A DNA stretch of 64,000 nucleotides from Octopus vulgaris (lineage: Eukaryota). Positions 55,245 through 64,000 of the stretch are shown here, piece after piece (position 1 is the first letter of the stretch; each line of letters begins with the position of its first letter). A program made the translations under genes and the position numbers. The notes under the pieces were generated by a model. The model was not told the origin of the DNA, did no database searches, and saw only the letters and a list, made by a program, of their open reading frames with translations. Location of the stretch: positions 65,596,001 through 65,660,000 of the forward strand of contig OX597825.1 of the NCBI GenBank assembly GCA_951406725.2, in the 5' to 3' direction.

Positions 55245-55692
55245 TAGGTATGTGTGCATGATATATATATATATATATAGATATATGTTATATATATATA
55301 CATAGGTACATATGTGTATGTTTATGCATGCATATATATATATACTCTCATACACTCATGTATGTATATATATATATATATATATTTACTCACACGCATA
55401 TATATTTATGTTTGTGTGTGTGTGTGTGTGTGTGTGTGCGCACATGTATCTATATGGATATATGTGATATAAAGGCAAATATTTCATAGATGCAGCAAGA
55501 ATATAATCTTAGTACAATAATTTTATCAAAGAACTGAGTGTGACATGTCCCATTCACATATCTTAGTATTATACACAGTAATGTAAAAACAGCAATGAAT
55601 GTCAGACACAAAGAAAATAAATCTGGTTAAGCATACATTGAAATAAATATACATATTCCATATATCCATTATTATTATTATTATTATTATTA

Positions 55693-55760
<68 letters not shown>

Positions 55761-56293
55761 GGACAATGCCTTCATCAACAGTTCCAACAATGCAAGCTTT
55801 ACTATTTATTATACACATTGGCGCTGGCAGGTATGTTAAAATTAATTCATCTCATATTTATTGAGATGGACCGAAATTTCCTTCTGCTCAATTCTTGCTA
55901 CATTATTTGCAAAATTATAAAGAAAGGAGCAGAACTTTCAGAATCAATAACTAAATTTACATTCGCTATTAGTAATGTGAACAGATTTATAGATTTTACG
56001 AGAGTATCATCTTCAGGTAGCAACTTCAGCAAAGAACCATATATGTATATATACATATACATATAGATCATCATCATCATCGTCATAGTTTAATGTCTGT
56101 TTTCCATGCTGGTAAGGGTTGGACGGTTTTACTGAGGTCTGGAGAGCCAGTGGTTGCACCAGGCTCCAATCTGATCTGGCAATGTTTTATACAGTCAGAT
56201 GCCCTTCCTAATGCCAACCACTGTGAGAGTGTTGTGGGTGCTTTTTACGTGCCACTGGCATGGGGGCCAGTATATATATTCACACACACATGC

Positions 56294-56326
<33 letters not shown>

Positions 56327-56879
56327 GATTTCTTTCAGTTTCCATCTACCAAATTCATCCACAAGGCTTTGGCTAGATTTAGATGAAAGAAGAAACTTGC
56401 CCAAGGTGCTGCTCAGCAGTGGAACTGAACCTGGGACCATATGGTTGGGAAGCAGATCTATTTCTACACAGCCTGTTGCTTTGATTGCTTCTGTAGCCAC
56501 ATTTCCTCTTACAGCCATAGCTGCACCAGTATAAATGTATATAATAAAGCAAAATATGAGCAGAGAGTTGCTTAGTATCAAATTAATTTATAACATATCT
56601 ATATAACATATTTCTACCACTAGATTGCTTGTAGCCTACTCTTATTTATACAGATCCTGCAGTTCCTGCATTTAATATCAGATTTTAACCCTTTAGCTTT
56701 TAATCTGGCCATATCTGGCCACAAAGTCATTCTGAAAATATACAAACACACCATAGAAATCTCAAGGCTACAAAATAATGTGTGGTTAATTCAAAACAAG
56801 GTGAATATATAGGAAATACATTTGACAAAGAAATGTGAATGCTAAAGGAATGAGCATTTGGTTCAGTCTGAGGAATCAT

Positions 56880-57266
56880 TCATCATCATCATCGTTCAAC
56901 GTCCGTTTTCCGTGCTAGCACGGGTTGGACAGTTCGACCGGGGTCTCGGAAACCAGGAGGCTGCACCAGGCTCCAGTCTTGATCTGGCAGTGTTTCTACA
57001 GCTGGATGCCCTTCCTAACGCCAACCACTCCGTGAGTGTAGTGGGTGCTTTTTATGTGCCACTGGCACAGGTGCCAGGGGAGTCTGGCAGCGGCCATGAT
57101 TGGTTGGTGCTTTTTACGTGCCACCGGCATGAAAGCCAGTCAAGGTGGCACTGGCATTGGCCACATTCGGATGGTGCTTTTTACATGCCACCGGCACGGA
57201 AGCCAGTCAAGGCAGCGCTGGCATCGGCCACATTCGGATGGTGCTTTTTACGTGCCACCGGCACAG
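56880..57266 (-). mobile_element. RTE 3' UTR (family C) with internal ~67-bp tandem repeats
   Basis: GGTGCTTTTTA at 57044, 57106, 57173 and 57240. Confidence 0.88.
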
Positions 57267-58550
57267 AACATTGTATGTACTTATTTATCATCAATGTATT
57301 TTGTGCACATTTTCGTATTAAGTGTAATGTGTGTGTGTGTTTTGATTTATGGAATTTCAGAAAATCTCATGTTAAAAAGATGTGAGAATACTTGTTGCCT
57401 ACAGTATAGCACAGTGTTTCGGTAGCCTTTTTCAATTATCTTAGCTTAACTGGCTTATCTGCCTCATGTGGTTCACATAGCTGGCTGTGTGTGGTAACAT
57501 AGCTGTGGACTGGCTATACAGGAATCTCTGAGTTGTAGCAGCCAACAGGGCTATTTCAATTAAGGGTGGAGAGAGAAAGAGAGAGGGGTTAAGGAACGGA
57601 ATGGGAAGGTAGGTTAAGTCTTTTAGGAGAAGGTGGGAAGTGTAACAATGAGTTAGAGAAAGGTGGAGATGAAAAATGTATATTAAGAGGATCAAATGGA
57701 CTCAACTGATCTTGGTTGTTAGACACTTTATATTAAAATTAAAGGAAACTTTTGAATCAGATATATTTGTACACACACTTTTCTATCCCCATATACACCC
57801 AAGTGTGTGTGTGTGTGTAAATATATATACATGCACATACACAATTATATGTATACTATTTAATGATATAAACATATATATACATATATATGCTTATATA
57901 TATGTATGTATAAATATATACTATGTATGTGTATATATTTATATATATATATCCATACATACATATATACATATATGTGCATGTATTTATGTGACTAGAT
58001 ATGTAAATATATATAAATATATACAAACACATGTTTGTATGCATATATGTATGTATTTATTTATATGTATATACATATACATGTATACACACATACACAC
58101 ATATACATACACACACACACATATATATGTATATATCATATGTATCTTTTGAGTTTCTTCCTTATCTTGGTGAAAAGTGTTTGCCATATCTGACTTCTGT
58201 CAAAACAAACATGCTATCCAACATGAAAAGTGCAATGTTTGTATACATATATCGGTGTATTTTTGAATTTCAAAGTAGACCAGCCTTCAGTTTTTGGCAT
58301 GTTTTCCACACTTATACACACACACAATGATATATATATTCATGTAAATATAACACACATAAACAGAAGCTTTATTAAATACATATATATATATAGACAA
58401 ACAGATACATATATAGATATATAGATATAGATATACATATATATAAATATATATATATATATCTATATATATATATATACATTTATTTATACATATACAC
58501 ATACATAAAGACATACAAACATATTCATACATCATATATATATATATATA

Positions 58551-59045
58551 CAGGGGTTGGACAAAATAATGGAAACACTTTAAAATTTCAAAGAAATTTA
58601 TTTTAACATGGGGTAGGACCACCTTTGGCAGTAATTACAGCTTGAATTCTATGAGGTATGAACTTGTACAGAGTTTGAATTGCTTCCACAGGAACTTTTC
58701 TCCATTCTTCAGCTAAAACAGTCTCCAGTTCTTGTAGTGATGATGGTGGAGGATATTGACTCCTTACTTGTTTTTCTAAAATGCACCATAAGTGTTCAAT
58801 AATATTGAGACCTGAGGACTGTGGTGGCCAAATCAGATGTTCAGCTTCACTAGAATGTTCCTCATGCCATTCAGTAACAGCTTTATCTGTGTGAATTGGT
58901 GCATTATCATCCTGAAAGATTACGTTTCCCTCTGGAAGCAGTTCCGCAATCATAGGATGAATTTGATCAGATAAAATGCTTAAATAGTCTTGACTATTAA
59001 TTCTACCATGAAGGGAAACCATTGGGCCAGTGGATTTCCAAGATC
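58551..59045 (-). mobile_element. Tc1/mariner transposon 3' half: transposase catalytic C-terminus + right TIR
   Basis: ORF 58603-59070 has FQDDNAPIH...WPPQSSGLNIIEHLW...AKGGPT; TIR CAGGGGTTGGACAAAATAATGGAAACAC at 58551 preceded by TA. Confidence 0.93.
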
Positions 59046-59954
59046 CAGAGATTCTCAGTATAGAAGACATTTAGTAGTGTGTGTGTATGTATGTATGTAT
59101 GTATAACAAAGCAGGAAGTTGGAAAATTTATTGGTATTATTTATTCACCATTACATATGTTTCATTTGCTAATAGGAATTACAAAGTTTTACATGCTTGA
59201 TAAACATGCAAGAGACACAAAATAAAAAAAAAACAAAAGGAAACACCTGGGATTTTACCTGCCCTGCCTAGATTATATATCATGTAACCATATGACCGAC
59301 TAGACTGTCAGGTGTTGTTACACATCGCTGGTCACAATGCTTTTTTCTTCACTTTAGCCCTCGAAAAACACCACCCACCCTGCTAGACATGTTCTCATAT
59401 AATATTGGAAATTAGTGACATTGCTTGTGTGTCAGTGACACTCATTTATAATTATCATGCAAAACCAAGGCAAGGAGACACAACAGTACACATAGTCACA
59501 CATGCATACACACACTCCTGATATAAACACATATACATACAGACACATTCACACTTTCACATGGACACACAAACACACACACTCATATATATACATATTA
59601 AGTGTATGATTCAGTTATAGAATGAAGTTATACAAATCTAATCATATTTGGCAAAAATGGAGAAGATAAAATGTTAAAAAGTTGTAAGATGTTTATTCAT
59701 GCATACAATCGTTTCATACATAGATATAAATTCATTTTCAGAATTTGCAAATATCAAAGTACTCATCAGTGCAGAAAAAATGAGAGCTTAAAAAAAGAGC
59801 AGAGAAGTTGGACCTATGAGTTTCATGTCTATTTGTTCCTATCCTTGTGTTATAGTGATGGGAGTCATCCGCATTCAACCTTTTATACCCACACACACAG
59901 ACACACATGTACATGTTATATGATAACTTTAGATATACATAGATATGATGCGTT

Positions 59955-60800
59955 GATTTCCATTTCTGTCTATAAGTTTCAATCAGAAGGCCTAGTCTAT
60001 AGTAGAAGATATTGTTCTAGATGCCACAATATTGGAGTGAACCTGGAACCATGTAGTTGGGAAGCAAACTTCTCAATGAAGCAGCAATGCCTGTTCCACT
60101 GCATGGCACCTTCGACAAGTGTCTTCTATTATAGTTTTGAGCTGACCAAAACCTTGTAAGTGGATTTGGCAGACAAAATCTGAAAGATGTATGTATCTAT
60201 ATATTTGTGTGTGTGCGTGTCTCCCACTCCTATCGCATGACAACCAATGCCAGTGTGTTTACGTCCTTGCAATTAGGCAGTTTGGAAAAAGAGACCAATG
60301 GAATAAGTAGTAGGTTTACAAAGAATAAGCCCTGGGGTCAATTTCTTGGACTGAAACCCTTTGATATAGTGCTCCAGTATAGCTGCAGTCAAATGACTGA
60401 AACAGGTAAAAGAATAAAAGTATATATATATATATATCTTTCATATTTTATTTGTTTCAGTCACTAAGCTGTGGCCATGCTAGGACACAGCCTTGAGGAA
60501 TTTTTGTTTTTTAAACTTGATACTTATCCTATCAGTCTGTATTGCTGAATTACCATTTTATGAAGGCTTAAACACACCATCACCAATTGTCAAGCAGTGG
60601 GAGAGGGGACAATCACAGACACAAATACACACATGTATATGTATATACAATGGGCTTTTTTCAGTTTCTGTCTACCAAATCCACTCACAAGGATTTGGTT
60701 GGCCCAAGACTATAGTAGAAGACTTTTTCCCACGTTGCCACACCATGGGTCTGAACCTAGAACCATATGGTTGGATAGCAAGCTTCTTACCATACAGTCA
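59955..60800. mobile_element. Three abutting SINE family A copies in -/+/- orientation
   Basis: 59955-60090(-), 60090-60420(+), 60440-60800(-). Confidence 0.8.
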
Positions 60801-60865
60801 TTACATACACACTCATAAAATATGCATGTATGCATATATGCATGTGTGTTTGTATGTATGTGGTG

Positions 60866-61248
60866 GTTGGCAATCCGTCGGTTAAGATGTCGAGGTTTCC
60901 AGTTGATCCAATCAATGGAACAGCCTGCTCATGAAATTAACGTGCAAGTGGCTGAGCACTCCACAGATATGCGTACCATTAATGTAGTGCATGGGGAGAT
61001 TCAGCATGACACAGCGTGTAACAAGGCTGGCACTTTGAAATACAGGTACAACAGAAACAGGAAGAAAGGGTGAGAGAAAGTTGTGGTGAAAGAGTACAGC
61101 AGGGTTCACCACCATCCCCTACCGGAGCCTCGTGGAACTTTAGGTGTTTTTGCTCAATAAACACTTGCAATGCTCGGTCTGGGAATTGAAACTGTGATCC
61201 TACAACTGTGAGTCTGCTGCCCTAACCACTGGGAAATTGTGCCTCCAC
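60866..61248 (-). mobile_element. SINE family D, full length
   Basis: Head reverse-complementary to 62089-62325; tail CCGACGGATTGCCAAC. Confidence 0.88.
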
Positions 61249-61632
61249 TGTATGTATGTATATAATGTATACACACAGCTATACATCATATTCTATATCT
61301 CCACCCTCACACTGGTACTCCTGTCTTATCAGGAAAACTAATTCATCATTGTCAAATATCACTCATGCATACATACATGTGCCGCATGTGTGTGTGTATG
61401 TGCATATGTGTGTGTGTATGTGCGTTTATATTGAGAGATTGAATGTAAGAATGCACTGTATTATAGTCTCTACAGGGCAAATAGCAATAACCTTACCATT
61501 CCAGAGAAGGTAAACAGCAGATCATATTACATGAAAATCTAAATCTTGTCAAATATGCCAACATTTTTCTTCTCTCTCCACTATTTATTATTTTTATTAT
61601 TATCATTTGTGTCGTTGTTGTTGTTGATGATG

Positions 61633-61702
<70 letters not shown>

Positions 61703-62088
61703 GGCAGTGTGTTGGCTAAATCAATAGCATGCCAGACAAAATGCTTACCAGCTTTCCACCTTTATATTCTGGTTTCAAATTCTGCTGTCGATGAAATACA
61801 TACCACTTGCACAATGGCGGCAGAGGGTGTTGTAATCAACTAAACTCAACTCCTCCAGAGAAGGAATTGGAGAGGGCACTTGCTCATAGGGTTTCAGGGA
61901 AATCTCAGATGGCGGAGTTCCTCGGTTATCCCTAGACATGTTCTTGTATCAGAAGGGCCACATCTCTATCATCCAACCCCAACCTTTTTTTTGTACCTTT
62001 ATATGCTCTGCATATGTTTCCTCTTTCCCAGTGTATACCATGTATACTTTTTTTTAAATTTTATTTATCATTTCATTACTATATGTAA

Positions 62089-62325
62089 GTGGAGGTGTAA
62101 TGGCCCAATGGTTAGGACAGCGGAGTCGTGGTCGTAGGATCATGGTTTCGATTCCCAGACTGGGCGTTCTCAGTGTTTATTGAGCAAAAACACTTAAATC
62201 TCCACGTGGCTTCAGCAGGGGGTTCTGGCAAACCCAGCTCAACTCTTTCACCATAACATTCTCTCACACTTTATTCCTGTTTCTGTTGTACCTGTATTTC
62301 AAAGGGTCAACCATGTCACACTCTG
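62089..62325 (+). mobile_element. SINE family D, 3'-truncated, joined to a SINE B body
   Basis: A box TGGCCCAATGG and B box GGTTTCGATTCCC; switches to GAGGTCAACTTTGC at ~62325. Confidence 0.85.
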
Positions 62326-63148
62326 AGGTCAACTTTGCTTTTCACCCTTTTGAGGTCCATAAAATAAATGCTAGCTGAACACTGGGGCTGACATAATCAA
62401 CTGACCTCTCCCCTACAATTCCTGGCTTTGTTCCATTAATACTAAGGATTATTTAGCAATTAATAAAACGTTAAACAAAATGTTTAGTGATATATATTGC
62501 AGTAGTTTATATGTTTGAGCTTAATTCTCACCATCACCACCAATATCCCCTCTACTAACATCACAACCACCAGCAACACCATAATTAGTACCATTATAGG
62601 TGCCATCATCATCACTAACACCACCAGTGCTACCGTCATCACCACCACCACCACCATTATCAACACCACCACCACCACCATCACTGATATCACCAACACC
62701 ACTCTCACCCATTACTAAAACCATAACTACCACACCCCTAACAAAATCATCACCCATCACTATCACCCCTACAGACACCTTCACACACTGCTACCACCCA
62801 ATATCCACCAACATCACCATCATCAGCTTACATCCCGCTACCACCACCACCACTACTAGTAGTACCAGAACCGGTACACCTTATCTGTACAGATTATCTT
62901 TTCAAAGTAATAGCTATGAGAATATAGTGATATATAACATGTCTTCCATGAGATTGTTATTTAGATATGATATTTACTGATATCTCGCCTACCCAGACAG
63001 AATTTTTAATTGACTTAAATTACCCTTAACCTCTACTTACCAAATTATTTCTGCAGAAAATAATTAAATCAGGATTATTATGTTCATGTGTTTATGTATA
63101 TGTTCTGTGTATTCTACATGTGTGTGTGTGTGTATGTGTGCATGTGTT

Positions 63149-63325
<177 letters not shown>

Positions 63326-63446
63326 ATATATATTGATAAAACGGTAAGATAACAAAAGAAAGAAAGATACCTCAATATTATGTAAATAGAGGAAATTTAT
63401 CTATACAATATGTTACATTACTCGGTAGTCAAGATAAAACTCTGAG

Positions 63447-63998
63447 TTTACGCCCCCTTACTCACCCGAGGTGGCCTTCAATATAGGTAAATATTTCCTA
63501 GCACTGATAGATAGACATTTTCCAGTTAACCATACTTATAGGAAACTCTTCAATAGACACAATTTAAAAATTAGTTTTAGTTCAACTACCAATTTTAAAA
63601 ACATAATCAAACATAACATACAAAAAACACAAGAAGAGAACAGCTGTTCATGCAGAAATAAAGAATTGTGCCCGCTAAATGGAGCTTGCATGTCCAAGAC
63701 CATCATATATGAAGCTACCGTAAACTCTATAACCACTAAAGACACCGTTTCGACGAAGAAATACATGGGCCTTACAGAGGGTAATTTCAAGGCCAGGTTC
63801 AATAACCACACTTTGAGCTTTAGGCACTGGAACAAAAGAAAAGCGACACAATTATCCAATCATATTTGGTCTTTAAGAGATAAAGGTGTCGATTATAACA
63901 TACAATGGAAGATTTTGGCCAGATGTAAGCCCTATACTAACGGCAGCGGAAGGTGCGGTTTATGCGACATGGAGAGATGGCTTATCTGGAAAAGCAGC
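63447..63998 (+). CDS. Penelope-like element ORF (RT C-terminus/linker + GIY-YIG endonuclease), partial, runs off the window end
   Basis: Stop-free 184 codons: FTPPYSPEVAFNIGKYFLALIDRHFP...CSCRNKELCPLNGACMSKTIIYEATV...KKYMGLTEGNFKARFNNHTLSF...LSNHIWSL...RCGLCDME. Confidence 0.92.
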
Positions 63999-64000
63999 TT

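Noticed and set aside
55782-55836. Donor-like GCAG|GTATGT with a possible 49-nt exon
   Set aside because: Weak acceptor next to (ATT)n, not frame-preserving, peptide not recognised.
62089-62165. tRNA-like sequence (also 45177, 48601, 54875)
   Set aside because: A/B boxes continue directly into SINE bodies without a complete cloverleaf; these are SINE heads, not tRNA genes.

Overview
Eukaryotic, very AT-rich, microsatellite-saturated DNA. The SINE families and the (TA)n/(ATT)n/(CAT)n density point to an octopus (cephalopod) intronic or intergenic region; this is inferred from recognising the repeats, not from a search. Almost all ORFs in the track are microsatellite or SINE artefacts. The only proteins I can recognise come from transposons: a Penelope-like GIY-YIG ORF open to the window end (missed by the track), a DD36E Tc1/mariner transposase with one TIR, CR1-, RTE- and Hero-type LINE ends, a Helitron helicase remnant and a mariner C-terminus. 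Non-coding content includes several tRNA-derived SINE families, a complete non-autonomous Helitron, hAT and piggyBac-like MITEs and an 18-bp higher-order minisatellite. The most interesting observations are: (1) a series of minimal hammerhead-ribozyme-like motifs at Penelope-type ends, one with a G3-C8 swap of the conserved C3-G8 core pair; (2) a 3' tail shared by a SINE and two CR1 LINE copies, with a compensatorily changed hairpin; (3) a 24-nt microexon candidate and a possible terminal exon of an unidentified + strand host gene; (4) long inverted repeats that could form dsRNA. Most repeat boundaries are approximate (about +/-10-20 bp).
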